A DNA stretch of 64,000 bases, taken from an uncultured Trueperaceae bacterium. Its GTDB lineage: Bacteria > Deinococcota > Deinococci > Deinococcales > Trueperaceae. Every line of letters starts with the position of its first letter. The stretch's first letter is position 1. Of the stretch, positions 39,905 through 51,314 are shown piece after piece. Made by a program: the position numbers and the translations under genes. Location: NCBI GenBank assembly GCA_963815215.1, contig CAWFFU010000008.1:64001-128000 (forward strand), in the 5' to 3' direction. Under the pieces are notes generated by a model. The model was not told the DNA's origin, did no database searches, and saw only the letters and a list, made by a program, of their open reading frames with translations.

Positions 39905-40858
39905 CTACTCGCTCCCCTGCAGCGCATCGCGTTGTCGGGGAGCCTCTTCCAACAGCCGCCGCACGATCTCGCGCGGTGTCGTGAGCCCGGCCATGACCGC
40001 CTCGACCGCTTCGTCCTCGCGCGCTCCCAGCGCGCGCCGGAGCTGCTCGCCGATGATCGCCAGGATCTCGAAGCGCACCCGCCGCCGCCGTAGCTCCTCG
40101 AGCCGCCCGGTGTCGGCGAGGTGGGCCCGATGGGCCTCCACCTGATCGAGCACCTCCGCGGCGCCCTCGCCACGGGAGGCGATCACTTCCAGCACCGGCG
40201 GTATCCAGCTCCCCTCCGGGAAGGGGCCGAGCTGCAGCGCGCCGCGGATCTCTCGCTTGAGCCGGTCCCCTCCGGGCAGGTCGAACTTGTTGACACAGAA
40301 GATGTCGGCGATCTCCATGATGCCGGCCTTGAACGTCTGCACCGCGTCCCCGGCGTTCGGCGTCAGCACCAGCACGGTGGTGTCGGCCACCCCCACGATG
40401 TCGACCTCGGACTGGCCCACGCCCACCGTCTCGACCAGCAGGGTGTCGTAGTCGGCGGCGTCGAGAACGGCCAGCACCTGCAGCGTGGCGGCGGCCAGAC
40501 CCCCGAGGTGCCCGCGCGTGGCCATGGATCGGATGAAGACGTCGGGGTCGTCGTGCCACCGGGTCATGCGGATTCGGTCGCCGAGGATGGCGCCCCCGCT
40601 GAAGGGGCTGGTGGGGTCGACGGCCACCACCCCCACGCGGGCGCCGCGCCCGCGGGCGACCTCGATCAGCCGATCGGTGAGGGTGCTCTTGCCGCTTCCG
40701 GGCGCGCCGGTGATGCCGAGGATGCGGGCTCGGCCGGTGCTCGGCCGCACGTCCCGGAGCAGTTCCTCGCCCCGCTCACTGCCCGACTCCACCAGGCTGA
40801 TGGCGCGGGCGAGCGCCCGCTCGTCGCGGCCGCGCAGGCGTTCGATGAGGGCGTCCAC
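39905..40858 (-). CDS. meaB: Methylmalonyl-CoA mutase-associated GTPase MeaB
   Basis: GITGAPGSGKST, VDPTSPFSGGAILGDRIRM, ETVGVGQSE, NKFD. Confidence 0.95.
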   Translation of the reverse strand: MDALIERLRGRDERALARAISLVESGSERGEELLRDVRPSTGRARILGITGAPGSGKSTLTDRLIEVARGRGARVGVVAVDPTSPFSGGAILGDRIRMTRWHDDPDVFIRSMATRGHLGGLAAATLQVLAVLDAADYDTLLVETVGVGQSEVDIVGVADTTVLVLTPNAGDAVQTFKAGIMEIADIFCVNKFDLPGGDRLKREIRGALQLGPFPEGSWIPPVLEVIASRGEGAAEVLDQVEAHRAHLADTGRLEELRRRRVRFEILAIIGEQLRRALGAREDEAVEAVMAGLTTPREIVRRLLEEAPRQRDALQGSE

Positions 40859-41071
40859 GCGTCGAGCCTACCGCAGCCCGCGCGCCGCCCGCCCGTGTCG
40901 CGGCGCGTCGCAACTCGCGTGGCGCGGGACGTAGAGCCTCGCGAGCGGCAGCCGTTCCTGGCATGATCGGGATGGGGCCTCAGGGTGCGCGGCCCGCAGC
41001 GTCGAGGTTCCGGCGCCGCGCGCCGGCCGATGCGGATCGACGCCGGCCGCGGCCCGAGCGAAGGAGTCGGC

Positions 41072-42526
41072 ATGAGCGAACGGACCGTGACGCTGGGCAT
41101 CGACGTCGGTACGAGTGGCATCAAGGCCGTCGCGGTCGACGACCGAGGTGAGTTGCGCCTCGAGGTCGATCGCGGTTATCCGCTGCTCACCCCCCGGCCG
41201 GGTTGGACCGAGCAGCGGCCCCAGGACTGGTGGGCGGCCGCCTGCGGCGCGCTGACGGAGCTCGTCTCGCGCCTCGACGGCGCCGAGGTGACGGCCGTCG
41301 GGTTGAGCGGGCAGATGCACGGCATGGTGCCTCTGGACGGCGCGGGTGAGGTCATCCGGCCCGCCATCTTGTGGAACGACCAGCGCACCGGCGACGCCGT
41401 GGCCGAGATCGAACGGACCGTCGACCGCGACACCCTCATCCGCCGCGGCGGGAACCCCGCCATCACCGGCTTCCAGCTCGCCAAGGTGGTGTGGCTGCGC
41501 CAGGCCGAGCCCGAGGCTTTCGCGCGGTTGCGCACGGTGCTGTTCCCCAAGGACTACCTCGGCCTGCGCCTGACGGGCCGCGCGGTAGCGGAGCCCAGCG
41601 ACGCCTCCGGCTCCAACGCCTTCGACCTCGCCCGCGGCGTCTGGGACGAGGTTGTGCTGGACGCGCTCGCCATCGACCCCGGGCTCTATCCAGAGGTGGT
41701 CGCTTCGGACGCCGTCGTTGGGCCTCTCACGGCCGAGGCCGCCTCGCAGACGGGCCTCCCGGCAGGCGTGCCGGTGATCGCCGGCGCCGGCGACAACGCC
41801 GCCGCGGCCACCGGCTTGGGCCTCTCCAGCGCCGACCCGGAGCTCGGCAGCGTGTCGCTGGGCACCTCCGGCGTGCTCTTCGCGCCGCTGGCCGAGCCCA
41901 CCCCCGACCCGCACGGGCGCGTGCACCTGTTCGCGCACGCCGACGGCGGCTACTACCTGCTCGGGGTCACGTTGGCCGCGGCCGGCTCGCTGCAGTGGCT
42001 GCGCGACACCCTCTTCCCGGAGCTGACCTTCGATGACCTGTCGGAGCTGGCCGCCACCAGTCCGGCAGGGGCGAACGGGGCGACGTTCCAGCCCTACCTC
42101 GCGGGCGAGCGCACCCCCTACATGGACCCGAACCTGCGGGGCGCCTGGCGCGGCCTGACGTTGGCGACCGGACGGGCCGAGCTGGTGCGGGCCGTGCTCG
42201 AGGGGGTGACGTTCAGTCAGCGCGACTCGCTGGAGGTGATGCGCCCGCTGGCCGGGCTCCGGCGCGTGCTTGCGACCGGTGGCGGGAGCCGCTCGCCGTT
42301 CTGGCTGCAGCTCCTGGCGGACGCGCTCGAGCTGCCGCTGAGCCAGCTCGCCGGCGCGCCCGGCGCCGCCTACGGAGCGGCCCTGCTGGCGCACAGAGGT
42401 TCCGGGCGCGAGGTCGCGCCCCGACTGCGGACGACGGCTTCGTTCGAGCCCACGCCGAACGCGGGGCTGCGCGCAGCTTATGAACGCTACCGGGCGTGGT
42501 CGCCCGGGCCGCTCGCCGACGACTGA
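41072..42526 (+). CDS. xylB: Xylulokinase (FGGY family)
   Basis: [51 protein letters not shown]. Confidence 0.9.
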   Translation: MSERTVTLGIDVGTSGIKAVAVDDRGELRLEVDRGYPLLTPRPGWTEQRPQDWWAAACGALTELVSRLDGAEVTAVGLSGQMHGMVPLDGAGEVIRPAILWNDQRTGDAVAEIERTVDRDTLIRRGGNPAITGFQLAKVVWLRQAEPEAFARLRTVLFPKDYLGLRLTGRAVAEPSDASGSNAFDLARGVWDEVVLDALAIDPGLYPEVVASDAVVGPLTAEAASQTGLPAGVPVIAGAGDNAAAATGLGLSSADPELGSVSLGTSGVLFAPLAEPTPDPHGRVHLFAHADGGYYLLGVTLAAAGSLQWLRDTLFPELTFDDLSELAATSPAGANGATFQPYLAGERTPYMDPNLRGAWRGLTLATGRAELVRAVLEGVTFSQRDSLEVMRPLAGLRRVLATGGGSRSPFWLQLLADALELPLSQLAGAPGAAYGAALLAHRGSGREVAPRLRTTASFEPTPNAGLRAAYERYRAWSPGPLADD

Positions 42527-43467
42527 GGGGGCGCCGGCGCGAAATCGCGGGCGAGCGCCAGCACGACGCTCTCCAGCGCCCACTCCGGGTCCCCGCCGCT
42601 CTTGGCACGGCGGTCGGCGTCGAGCAGCAGATGGAGCGTCCGGCGGAGGCTCGCCTCGTTGAAGTGTCCGGCGATGGCGAGCGCACGCCGCGCCGCGGTG
42701 GGGTGGGCGCCGAGCGCCGCGGCCGCGCGACCGACGTCGAGCTTCGGCTCGGCGGCACGCAGCGCCACTGCCTTGGCGACCAGCCCGAACTGCCAGGTCA
42801 GCGCCCCGAACACCCGCTGGGGCGCCTCGCCGTGCTCGAGCACGGCCCGCGCCACTGATAGGGCGCCGGCGGCGTCGCCGGCCACCATTCGCTCGATCAG
42901 GTCGAAGGCGTTGCGCGCCGCCGGCCGGTTGGCCAGCGCCCGGACCCGCTCGGCGTCGATCTCCTCGTCGAGCACCGCCAGCTTGACGATCTCAGAGGCG
43001 ATGGCGGCGGGGTCCTCGCCGAACAGGTCGGCGAGCGTCTGGGGCACGTCTCTCTGGAAGCGCACACCGGCGGCCTTCAGCTCGGACGCCACCCAACCCG
43101 GCAGCCGCTCGTAGCGCGGCGTCGGCCGGTGGTCCAGCGCGCCGAGCGCGCGGTAGCGCTTGTGCCGGGCGGCGGTGGCGCTGCTGTCGAGCACCACCAC
43201 CAAGGCTGCGTCGTCAAGCTGCTCCAGCGCGGCGATGGCCTGGTTGCGCGGCTGCACGCCCGCCTGCCCGCTGAAGGCCTCGTCGAAATCGAGGAACAGC
43301 GCCACCTGCCCGAACAGGCCGCCCTGGGAGGCGGCGCGCGCCACCTCAGCGGGCTCCAGCCCTTCCCCGAAGACGACGATGTCGCTCCCGGCCACGCCAC
43401 GCTCGGCGAGCGCCTGCCTCGCGGCACGGCGTGCCAGGAAGGGATCTCCGCTGAAGGACAGGATCAC
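42487..43467 (-). CDS. holA: DNA polymerase III delta subunit
   Basis: GDPFL, GLFG, SEIVKL, AFDL, D.RAKSG pattern; downstream of comEC. Confidence 0.85.
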   Translation of the reverse strand: MILSFSGDPFLARRAARQALAERGVAGSDIVVFGEGLEPAEVARAASQGGLFGQVALFLDFDEAFSGQAGVQPRNQAIAALEQLDDAALVVVLDSSATAARHKRYRALGALDHRPTPRYERLPGWVASELKAAGVRFQRDVPQTLADLFGEDPAAIASEIVKLAVLDEEIDAERVRALANRPAARNAFDLIERMVAGDAAGALSVARAVLEHGEAPQRVFGALTWQFGLVAKAVALRAAEPKLDVGRAAAALGAHPTAARRALAIAGHFNEASLRRTLHLLLDADRRAKSGGDPEWALESVVLALARDFAPAPPQSSASGPGDHAR

Positions 43468-43478
43468 GTCGGGGGCGT

Positions 43479-44228
43479 TCAGGCCCGGCTGGGAACCAGG
43501 CTCAGCGCGTCACGCATGGCGCTGGCGCTCTCGAAGCGGTCGCCCGGGTCACGGCTGAGTCCCTGCATCACGATGTCCCGGAGCCCGCCCGCGCTGCCGG
43601 GAAGGGCATCGAGCGGCACCCGGTCGTCGCCGGCCAAGAAGCGCAGCACCTGCCGGCCGTAGGGGGGCGCGCCGCTGAGCATGTGGTACAGCACGGCGGC
43701 CGTGGCGTACAGGTCGGAGCGTGGATCGGTCCGAACGCCCTTGAATTGCTCCGGCGCCATGTAGTTGGGCGTCCCCAGTGCCATGTGCTGGCCGGTGATG
43801 GCGGTGAGCGCCAGGTCCTTGGCGAAGCCGAAGTCGGTCAGCATCGCCCGCTCCCCCTTGATGAGGATGTTGCCGGGCTTCACGTCCAGATGGATGATGC
43901 CCTCGCCGTGGGCGTAGCTGAGCGCGTCGAGCACGTCCCGCGCGATCTTGAGGCTGCGCCGGAGCGGCAACGGACCGCGCTCCAGCGCCTCGGCCAGGCT
44001 CACGCCGGGACAGTAGGCATAGACCAGCGCCCCGTCCTCGGCACCGAGGAGGGGCACGATGTTGTCGTGCTGGAGCTTGGCGATCACCTCGGCTTCACGT
44101 CGCAGGCGCTCCCCGAGCACCGGGTGGCTGCCCTGCAGACGCTTCACGACCACCAGCCGGTCGCGCCAGCGAGCGAGCTCGACCTTGATCGGGCCCTGCT
44201 CGGCCAGCACGCGAACAGTCGTGAGCAT
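43479..44228 (-). CDS. Hanks-type Ser/Thr protein kinase (kinase domain only)
   Basis: VVVK, HLDVKPGN, DFG, GTPNYMAPE, DLY. TAGATT 7 nt before the ATG. Confidence 0.9.
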   Translation of the reverse strand: MLTTVRVLAEQGPIKVELARWRDRLVVVKRLQGSHPVLGERLRREAEVIAKLQHDNIVPLLGAEDGALVYAYCPGVSLAEALERGPLPLRRSLKIARDVLDALSYAHGEGIIHLDVKPGNILIKGERAMLTDFGFAKDLALTAITGQHMALGTPNYMAPEQFKGVRTDPRSDLYATAAVLYHMLSGAPPYGRQVLRFLAGDDRVPLDALPGSAGGLRDIVMQGLSRDPGDRFESASAMRDALSLVPSRA

Positions 44229-44399
44229 TGTGAACAATCTATCACACGCCCCGACCCGCGTCCTGGACTGCGCCTCTGCCCGCCTCATGGCGGCCCCCCT
44301 TCCTACACGAAGACGCCCGACCGTCGCCGAACGGAGATGGTCCACCGAGTCCTTTGCTTCTAAAGGTATCAGAAGCGACCCCGCCGTGCGTGACGACCA

Positions 44400-46676
44400 T
44401 CACCGTTCCGCCCCCTCCTGGACGGTACCACTGATCTCCAGGGGACCGCCTGCGGCCAACGGCAGCCGCAGCGCGCCACGCCGCAAGGTGGTGAGCACCT
44501 GCACGCCATGGCGTGCCAGCCGCTCCAACACGCCGGCATCGGGATGTCCGTAGCCGTTCTCGCCCACGGATACGACGGCCGCCCGTGGCCGGGCGGCCCG
44601 CAGCAGCGCTTCGGAAGTGCTGAAACGCGAGCCGTGGTGGGCCACCTTGACGACCGGCACGTGCGGCACCGCCAGCATCCGCTCCACCGAGGCCGGGGCG
44701 TCGCCGAGCATCAGCAGCTGCGGCGCGCCGCGGTAGCGGAGCAGCAAGGCCACCGAGTTCTCGTTGGTGGTGGGCAGTGGAAGCGCACCAGGGTGCAGCA
44801 CGTCGATCTCGACCGCTCCTCGGCCGCGCCCGAGCCGCCACCGCTCCGCGCGCACCGCCCGATGCACCGGGATCCCGCGCGACCGCGCGATGGCCCGCAG
44901 CCGACCGTCGATGGCAGCGTCGGGCCACGGCGGCCCCATCACCAGCGTGCCGACGGGGAGCGCCTCGAGCACGGTCGCGAGACCCTCGACGTGATCGAGA
45001 TCAGGGTGGGTGGCCACCACCACGTCGAGCGCACGCACGCCCAGGGCACGCAACGCCGGCAGCACCACGTCCGCGCCGATGTCGCGGTCCGAGAAGGGCG
45101 TGCCGCCGCCGTCGACCAGCACCTCGATGCGGCCGGGCAGGCGCAGAAGGGTGGCGTCGCCCTGTCCCACGTCGAGGAACACCACCTCGGGAGCCGGGTG
45201 GGCCGGCGGCACGGCCGCGCTCACCGTGCCCGCGCACAGGGCCACCAGCAGCGCGCGCCAGGGCCGCAGGCGACCGTGCAGGGCCAGCGCCAGACCGGCC
45301 AGGGCCACCGCGTAACAGCCGTGCCCGAGCGTCTCGACCTCGCCCCAGGGCAGGTGCGGCAGGCGGGCGCCGAGCGCGGCGACGGCCAGCAGCAGCGACG
45401 CGAGCGGGCCCACCAGGTGGTTGACGAGGCCTGCGGCGGCCGGCGCCGCCACCCCCACCACGGCCGCCAGGAAGCCCAGCGGCACCAGCACGCCCGCCAA
45501 CGGAACCGCTACGAGGTTGACCAGCGGCGACGCCAGCGGCACCCGACCGAAACTCCCGGCCACCAGCGAGAGGCTGGGGAGTTGCGCCGCCACGCTCGCC
45601 AGCAACGCCGGTAGCAACCAGCGCCGCAGCCGCGACCCGCCCCAGGGCCGACGCGCCCCCCGCGCCGCCGCCAGGCGGGCGAGCGGTGGCACGAACAGCA
45701 ACATGCCGATCACCGCGAGGTAGGAGAGCTGGAACGAGGCATCGGCGAGCTGGGCGGGCGCCAGCAACAGCGACACGCTTGCGGCCAGCGCCAACGACGG
45801 CCAGGCCTGGATACGCCCGTGCCCCGTCGCCAGCCCTGCCAGCCCGGCCAGCACCATGAGGGCCGCGCGCACGACGCTGGGCGTAGGGCCGACCAGTGCC
45901 ACGTACGCTACGGTGGCGACGGCCAGCAACGGGTAGCGCCGACGGCCGAGACCGGAGAGCGCGCGGCCGAGCGCCGCCATCAACACCCCGACATGCAGAC
46001 CCGACAACGCCAGCACGTGCGCCAGCCCGGCGGCGGCGAAGCGGTCGCGCAGGTCGCCCAGATCGTCGCGCACGCCCAGTGTCATGGCCTCCATCAGGGC
46101 CGCCTGGCGGGGCGCGAGGCCGCGTGTGGCCCCGCGCCGGAAGCGGGCCAGCAGCGGGGTGACGGGTTCGGCGCCGACGACCTGGCGTACCAGCAGCTGA
46201 CCCTCGATACCGCGCCGCGCCAGGTAGCCGCGGTAGTCGAAGCCGCCGGGGTTGCGCCGCACGGGCGCGCGCACCACCCGGCCGCGCACCGTCACCCGTC
46301 CGGCAGGCACCAGGCCGGCCGGGGCCAGAGCCAGCCGCAGACCGCGCGGAGAAGCGAGCCGCAACACCTTCCCGTCGCTGCGCCCGCGGTAGACCGCCTC
46401 GCCCCCCAGCAGCGGCGCCACCCGGTCCGGCCGGGCCTGCCAGGCCCACGAGCGCGCGCCACCGGCCACCAACCCGACGGCGACCAGCAGCCACCAACCG
46501 CGTGAGCGACCGGCGCCCGTGGGCGCCAGGGCGAGGGCGAGGGTGGCAGCTCCGAGGGCGAGCGCGAGCAGCGGCGTCACCCCCGCCAGCGCAACCCCCG
46601 CCGTGATGCCGCCGGCCAGCGGCAGCGCCCACGGTACGAAGCGCGACTCGCCCGCTACGCCTGCCGCGCCCGTCAC
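44400..46676 (-). CDS. comEC: DNA uptake channel ComEC/Rec2
   Basis: [46 protein letters not shown]. Confidence 0.95.
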   Translation of the reverse strand: MTGAAGVAGESRFVPWALPLAGGITAGVALAGVTPLLALALGAATLALALAPTGAGRSRGWWLLVAVGLVAGGARSWAWQARPDRVAPLLGGEAVYRGRSDGKVLRLASPRGLRLALAPAGLVPAGRVTVRGRVVRAPVRRNPGGFDYRGYLARRGIEGQLLVRQVVGAEPVTPLLARFRRGATRGLAPRQAALMEAMTLGVRDDLGDLRDRFAAAGLAHVLALSGLHVGVLMAALGRALSGLGRRRYPLLAVATVAYVALVGPTPSVVRAALMVLAGLAGLATGHGRIQAWPSLALAASVSLLLAPAQLADASFQLSYLAVIGMLLFVPPLARLAAARGARRPWGGSRLRRWLLPALLASVAAQLPSLSLVAGSFGRVPLASPLVNLVAVPLAGVLVPLGFLAAVVGVAAPAAAGLVNHLVGPLASLLLAVAALGARLPHLPWGEVETLGHGCYAVALAGLALALHGRLRPWRALLVALCAGTVSAAVPPAHPAPEVVFLDVGQGDATLLRLPGRIEVLVDGGGTPFSDRDIGADVVLPALRALGVRALDVVVATHPDLDHVEGLATVLEALPVGTLVMGPPWPDAAIDGRLRAIARSRGIPVHRAVRAERWRLGRGRGAVEIDVLHPGALPLPTTNENSVALLLRYRGAPQLLMLGDAPASVERMLAVPHVPVVKVAHHGSRFSTSEALLRAARPRAAVVSVGENGYGHPDAGVLERLARHGVQVLTTLRRGALRLPLAAGGPLEISGTVQEGAER

Positions 46677-47170
46677 AGCCTCAGCCGCGGACGGAGCGCC
46701 GCCAACGTCTTCGGGCCGATGCCGGGAACGCGCAGCAGGTCGTCCACGGTAGCGAACGGCCTGGCCGCCACGATGCGTCGTGCCAGCGTCGGGCCGATGC
46801 CGGGCAGGCGGACGAGCGTCGCGGCGTCGGCCTCATTGAGGCGCACCCGCGGGTCGCCGTTCCCGGCAACGGCGCGCGGCACTTGCACCACCTCACCGTC
46901 GGTCAGGGGAGCGGCCAGCGCGACCAGCTCGCGCGCGGCGCCGGGCAACGGACCGCCGGCGGCACCGACCAGGTCGGCCACACGCGCGCCCCACGGCAAC
47001 CGGTAGACGCCGGGGTGGGCCACGGCTCCCTCGATGGAGGCGGAGATCTCGGACCGCTCGACGCGCAGCGGCACAGGCCGCTCCACGAGCCGCGGGAGCA
47101 GCGTGAGCGCGGCCAGCGCTGCGCAGGCAACCAGCAGCGCCGCAGTCAGTGCGTTCTCGCCGAGGCGCAT
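46673..47170 (-). CDS. comEA: Competence DNA-binding protein ComEA
   Basis: N-terminal TM, SLBB (GAVAHPGVY), two HhH motifs LPGIGP/VPGIGP. TAGTTT 5 nt before the ATG. Confidence 0.92.
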   Translation of the reverse strand: MRLGENALTAALLVACAALAALTLLPRLVERPVPLRVERSEISASIEGAVAHPGVYRLPWGARVADLVGAAGGPLPGAARELVALAAPLTDGEVVQVPRAVAGNGDPRVRLNEADAATLVRLPGIGPTLARRIVAARPFATVDDLLRVPGIGPKTLAALRPRLRL

Positions 47171-47314
47171 GCCCCAAACTAGAGCCACCGCGCCCGCCCC
47201 GCGCGGCCGATGCCGGCGCCTGCCGGGCGCCGCTCGGCACGCGAAGGGCCGGAGCGCATCCACGCTCCGGCCCAGCGGCCGCCGCCTCCCTGGCGGCGAC
47301 GGATCAACGCAGGC

Positions 47315-47926
47315 TCAGTCGGCCGCTGCGAACTTCTCCGCGACCTTGTCCCAGTTCACGACGTTCCAGAAGGCCTCGATGTAGGCCGGCCGGCGGTTCT
47401 GGTAGTTGAGGTAGTAGGCATGCTCCCACACGTCCAGACCCAGGATGGGGGTATGGCCGTTCATCAACGGCGAGTCCTGGTTCGCCGTGGAGTAGACCTG
47501 CAGCCTGCCGAAGGCGTCCACCACCAGCCACGCCCAGCCCGACCCGAAGCGGCTGGCCGCGGCGCCCGCGAACGCCTGCTTGAAGGCATCGAAGCCGCCG
47601 AAGGTCTGGTTGATGGCCGTGGCCAGGTCGCCGCCGGGCTGGCCGCCGCCCTGAGGCCCCATGATCTGCCAGAACAGTGAGTGGTTGGCGAAACCGCCGC
47701 CGTTGTTGCGCACGGCGGTCTGGATGTCGGCAGGTACGCTGTCGAGGTTGCCGAGCAGGTCCTCGACGCTCTTGTCGCCGAGCTCTGGGTGCTTCTCGAG
47801 CGCCCCGTTCAGGTTGTTGGTGTAGCCGGCATGGTGCTTGTCGTGGTGGATCTCCATCGTCCGCGCGTCGATGTGCGGCTCGAGGGCATCCTTCGCGTAC
47901 GGTAGATCGGGCAGCTTGAAGGCCAT
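47315..47926 (-). CDS. sodA: Superoxide dismutase (Mn/Fe family, Mn-type residues)
   Basis: [22 protein letters not shown]. Confidence 0.95.
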   Translation of the reverse strand: MAFKLPDLPYAKDALEPHIDARTMEIHHDKHHAGYTNNLNGALEKHPELGDKSVEDLLGNLDSVPADIQTAVRNNGGGFANHSLFWQIMGPQGGGQPGGDLATAINQTFGGFDAFKQAFAGAAASRFGSGWAWLVVDAFGRLQVYSTANQDSPLMNGHTPILGLDVWEHAYYLNYQNRRPAYIEAFWNVVNWDKVAEKFAAAD

Positions 47927-48049
47927 GCTTCTCCTCTCGTGCGTGCGTGGGAAAATCAGGGCGAACCGGATGAACCTCCGGATTGGGACGAGTCTAGCAA
48001 GGTGTGTGTCAGACCACGTTTTCCGGGCCAACATTGGGGCTGTCGCGCC

Positions 48050-48571
48050 TCACCCGCCGCCCCGTGCCTCGGCTGCGGCCTGGCGGTAGGCGTCCTCGTC
48101 GGCGGCGGAGAAACACACCATCAGCACCCGCTCGGGGAGCGCATGCGCGGATAGGAAGTCGCGCACCGCGGCGAGCGCCACCGGCGCGGCGCGCTCGACG
48201 GGGTAGCCGTAGGCCCCGGTGCTGATCGACGGGAACGCTACCGACCGGAGCCCCGCTTCCTCGGCGATCTCGAGCGAGCGCCGGTAGCAACTCGCCAGCT
48301 TCTCCGCCTCACCCGATCCACCGCCGTCCCAGACCGGACCCACAGCGTGGATGACGTGAGCGGCGGGCAGCAGGTACCCACCCGTCAGCCTGGCGTCGCC
48401 GGTGGCGCAGCCGCCCAGGGTGCGGCACTCCGCGAGCAGCGCCGGACCCGCCGCGCGGTGGATAGCGCCGTCCACGCCCCCTCCGCCCAACAGGCTGCCG
48501 TTCGCCGCATTGACGATGGCGTCGACCGGAAGACGTGTGATGTCGTCTCGCACGATCTCGATGCGGTCCAT
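48050..48571 (-). CDS. Macrodomain O-acetyl-ADP-ribose deacetylase (YmdB-like)
   Basis: [34 protein letters not shown]. Confidence 0.93.
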   Translation of the reverse strand: MDRIEIVRDDITRLPVDAIVNAANGSLLGGGGVDGAIHRAAGPALLAECRTLGGCATGDARLTGGYLLPAAHVIHAVGPVWDGGGSGEAEKLASCYRRSLEIAEEAGLRSVAFPSISTGAYGYPVERAAPVALAAVRDFLSAHALPERVLMVCFSAADEDAYRQAAAEARGGG

Positions 48572-48616
48572 GGCGATCTCCTTCGACCGAGCCCAACTCG
48601 CCGCCCCACGTCGCGC

Positions 48617-49636
48617 TCAGGCCGTGAGGCGCACAACGACGCGGCCGACGACGGCGCCGACCAGGATGTCCTCGATGGCGGCCTCGAGCCCGTCGAGATC
48701 CACCTCGGTGACCAGCCCCGGCACGTCGGCCAACCCCTCGACCCGCCACGGTCCGGCCAAGTGCCGCCACATCGCCTGCCGCCGTTCCATGGGGTAGTGC
48801 TGCGAGTCGATGCCGAGCAGTGCGACGCCGCGCAGGATGAACGGGAACACGCTGATGTTGAGGTCGGCCCCGCCCACCATGCCGCAGGCCGCAACGGCAC
48901 CCCCCACCTCGGTGCGCTTCAGCAATCCCGCCAGCGTGTCGCCCCCGACCGTGTCGATCCCGCCACCGTAGAGGCCCTTCAGCATCGGCCGGGCGGTCGG
49001 GGTGGCGAGCGCATCGCGCTCCAGCACCTCCTCGGCACCGAGCTGCGCCAACAGCGGATAGGCGCGCTGGGTGCCGCTGCTGGCGACCACCCGGAAACCC
49101 GCCTTCGCCAGCAGCGCCACCGCCAGCGTCCCAACGCCGCCGGAAGCGCCGGTCACCACGTAGGGTCCACGCTCCGGCGAGGCACCGAGGTGCTGGAGCA
49201 ACTCGAGCCCGATGCCAGCCGTGAGTCCGGCGGTCCCAAGCACCATGGCGTCGCGCTCGTCGAGTCCGTCGGGCAGCGGGACCAGCCATTCGCCGGGCAC
49301 TCGGATCAGCTCGCTGAAGCCGCCCGCCGTGTCCATCCCTAGGTCGAAGCCGGTGCACAGCACCCGGTCGCCGGGCGCGAAGCGGGGATCGCGCGAGGCC
49401 AGCACGGTCCCCGCTGCGTCGATGCCGGGCGTGTGCGGGTAGTTGCGCGTCACGCCGCGATTGCCGCTGGCCGACAGCGCGTCCTTGTAGTTGAGCGAGG
49501 AGTACGCCACCCGCACGGTGACTGCGTGATCGGGCAGGGTGTCGGTGGCGAGCTGCGCGACCGAGCGGTGGGCCCGTTCACCGTCCAGCTCGACGCGCAG
49601 CGCGCGGAAGGTGGCGGGCACGTCGATGGAGGCCAT
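48617..49636 (-). CDS. YhdH/AcuI-family NADPH quinone/acryloyl-CoA reductase
   Basis: YSSLNYKD, PGID, GTAG.TA, TGASGGVG, PFILRGV.LLGIDS. Confidence 0.92.
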   Translation of the reverse strand: MASIDVPATFRALRVELDGERAHRSVAQLATDTLPDHAVTVRVAYSSLNYKDALSASGNRGVTRNYPHTPGIDAAGTVLASRDPRFAPGDRVLCTGFDLGMDTAGGFSELIRVPGEWLVPLPDGLDERDAMVLGTAGLTAGIGLELLQHLGASPERGPYVVTGASGGVGTLAVALLAKAGFRVVASSGTQRAYPLLAQLGAEEVLERDALATPTARPMLKGLYGGGIDTVGGDTLAGLLKRTEVGGAVAACGMVGGADLNISVFPFILRGVALLGIDSQHYPMERRQAMWRHLAGPWRVEGLADVPGLVTEVDLDGLEAAIEDILVGAVVGRVVVRLTA

Positions 49637-49731
49637 GGATCCATGCTACCGCGCGTCGGCGCAGCCCCGGCAAGCGCCGGGGTCACGCCAGAACGACCGC
49701 TTCTCACGCGACCTCCTGTAGACTGCGGACC

Positions 49732-50406
49732 ATGAACCCGAGAAGGCTAACGCTCGTGACCGTCATCGTCGCGATCGTGGTGCTGGCGGCGGTTGTGGTC
49801 GTGCCGCGCCTCACCTCGAGCAGAACCCAGCCGACCGCTTCGAGCTCGAGCAGCTCGAGCGCCACCCTCACGTACGATGGACAGCCCGCCATCGGCAACG
49901 CCAACGCCCCGGTGAAGATCGCGCTGTTCGAGGACTTCCTGTGCCCGCACTGCGCCGAGTTCAGCGATCAGGTGTGGCCGCAGATCAAGCGCGCGTACAT
50001 CGATACCGGCAAGGCCAGGGCGGTGTACTTCTACTTCCCCGTCATCGACCAGGTGCAATCGCGGGTCATCGGCGGGCTCGGGCAGTGCGTCTACCTGCAG
50101 AGCAACGACGCCTTCTGGCAGCTCGAGCAGATCCTGATGCGCACGCAGCAGCAGCTCATGAACACGCCCCGGGCGATCGACATCGCCACCCAGTACGCTC
50201 CCGGACTGAACCGACAGCAACTCCAGACGTGCGTCGACAACGGCACCGGAGCGAAGGTGGTCGACAAGGACAACGCACTGGGACGGTCGCTGGGCGTCCA
50301 GGGGACGCCGACCGTGTTCGTCAACGGCAAGATGGTCACGAACGCCAGCTGGGACTCCGTGAAGAAGGCCATCGACGACGCTCTGGCTTCATCGTCCGGC
50401 GGCTGA
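49732..50406 (+). CDS. DsbA-family (BdbD-like) thiol-disulfide oxidoreductase
   Basis: N-terminal TM, DFLCPHC, GVQGTPTVFVNG. Confidence 0.9.
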   Translation: MNPRRLTLVTVIVAIVVLAAVVVVPRLTSSRTQPTASSSSSSSATLTYDGQPAIGNANAPVKIALFEDFLCPHCAEFSDQVWPQIKRAYIDTGKARAVYFYFPVIDQVQSRVIGGLGQCVYLQSNDAFWQLEQILMRTQQQLMNTPRAIDIATQYAPGLNRQQLQTCVDNGTGAKVVDKDNALGRSLGVQGTPTVFVNGKMVTNASWDSVKKAIDDALASSSGG

Positions 50407-50816
50407 TGAATCGGAACACCAACCTCTACCTCGCCTGGCTGGTGGCGCTCGCCGCCACCCTGGGGAGCCTGTACTTCTCCGAGGTGCGCCACTTCGTGCC
50501 CTGCACGCTGTGCTGGTACCAGCGCATCTTGATGTACCCGCTGGCGATCGTGCTCGGCATCGCCAGCTACCGGCAGGACGGGGCCGTGCGCGGCTACGTG
50601 CTGCCACTGTCGGTGCTCGGCATGGGATTCGCCACCTACCACGTGCTCGAGCAGAACATCCCCGGCTTCGGCTCGCCGGCGCTGTGTCGCGCCGGCATCC
50701 CCTGCAGCCTCCACTACATCCACTGGCTCGGCTTCATCACCATCCCTGTGCTGTCGCTGACGGCATTCACGTTGATCACCGTGCTGCTGTCCACGATGCG
50801 CGGGCGTCGGGCGTGA
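50406..50816 (+). CDS. Disulfide bond formation protein DsbB/BdbC
   Basis: [21 protein letters not shown], second Cys pair, ITIP. Confidence 0.92.
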   Translation: MNRNTNLYLAWLVALAATLGSLYFSEVRHFVPCTLCWYQRILMYPLAIVLGIASYRQDGAVRGYVLPLSVLGMGFATYHVLEQNIPGFGSPALCRAGIPCSLHYIHWLGFITIPVLSLTAFTLITVLLSTMRGRRA

Positions 50817-51298
50817 GCAACTACCGCCGCGCTCTGGCGTTCCACCTGCGCATCGGCGACCGGCCACCACCGGCGCCGACCACGCCCGATGCCGCCACCC
50901 TGGCGCTGCGGCTCCGCCTGCTGCGCGAGGAGGCGCAAGAAGCGCAGGAGGCGCTGACGGCGCTGGCGGACGCGCCCCGGCCGGTCGCCGACGAAGCGCC
51001 GGCCGGCCCCGGCCGGCGCGCCGCCGCCGAGGCGGCCGCGGCCCACGAGCTGGCCGACCTGCTGTACGTCGTCTACGGCACCTTCGTGGCGTTGGGCGTC
51101 GATGCGGACGAGGTCTTCGCGGAGATCCACGAGGCCAACCTGCGCAAGGCCGGGGCGCCGCGCAGGCCGGACGGTAAGCAGCTCAGGCCCGACGGCTGGC
51201 GGCCTGCAGACGTGAGCGCCGTGCTGGAGCGCCAGCGCGCGGGCGCCCCCCAGGGGCGCATCATCGACGAGCTCGAGGGGGCGCGCGCCGGCGGCTGA
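50813..51298 (+). CDS. MazG-like all-alpha NTP pyrophosphatase (DR2231/dUTPase-like)
   Basis: LLREE..E, HELADLLYV.YG, EIHEANL.K, RPDGKQL.P.GW.PADV. Confidence 0.82.
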   Translation: MSNYRRALAFHLRIGDRPPPAPTTPDAATLALRLRLLREEAQEAQEALTALADAPRPVADEAPAGPGRRAAAEAAAAHELADLLYVVYGTFVALGVDADEVFAEIHEANLRKAGAPRRPDGKQLRPDGWRPADVSAVLERQRAGAPQGRIIDELEGARAGG

Positions 51299-51314
51299 GG
51301 CGTCCTGCCGCGGC

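Noticed and set aside
44229..44246. Rex or CRP site
   Set aside because: The TGTGA/TCACA arms are separated by 8 nt rather than 6.
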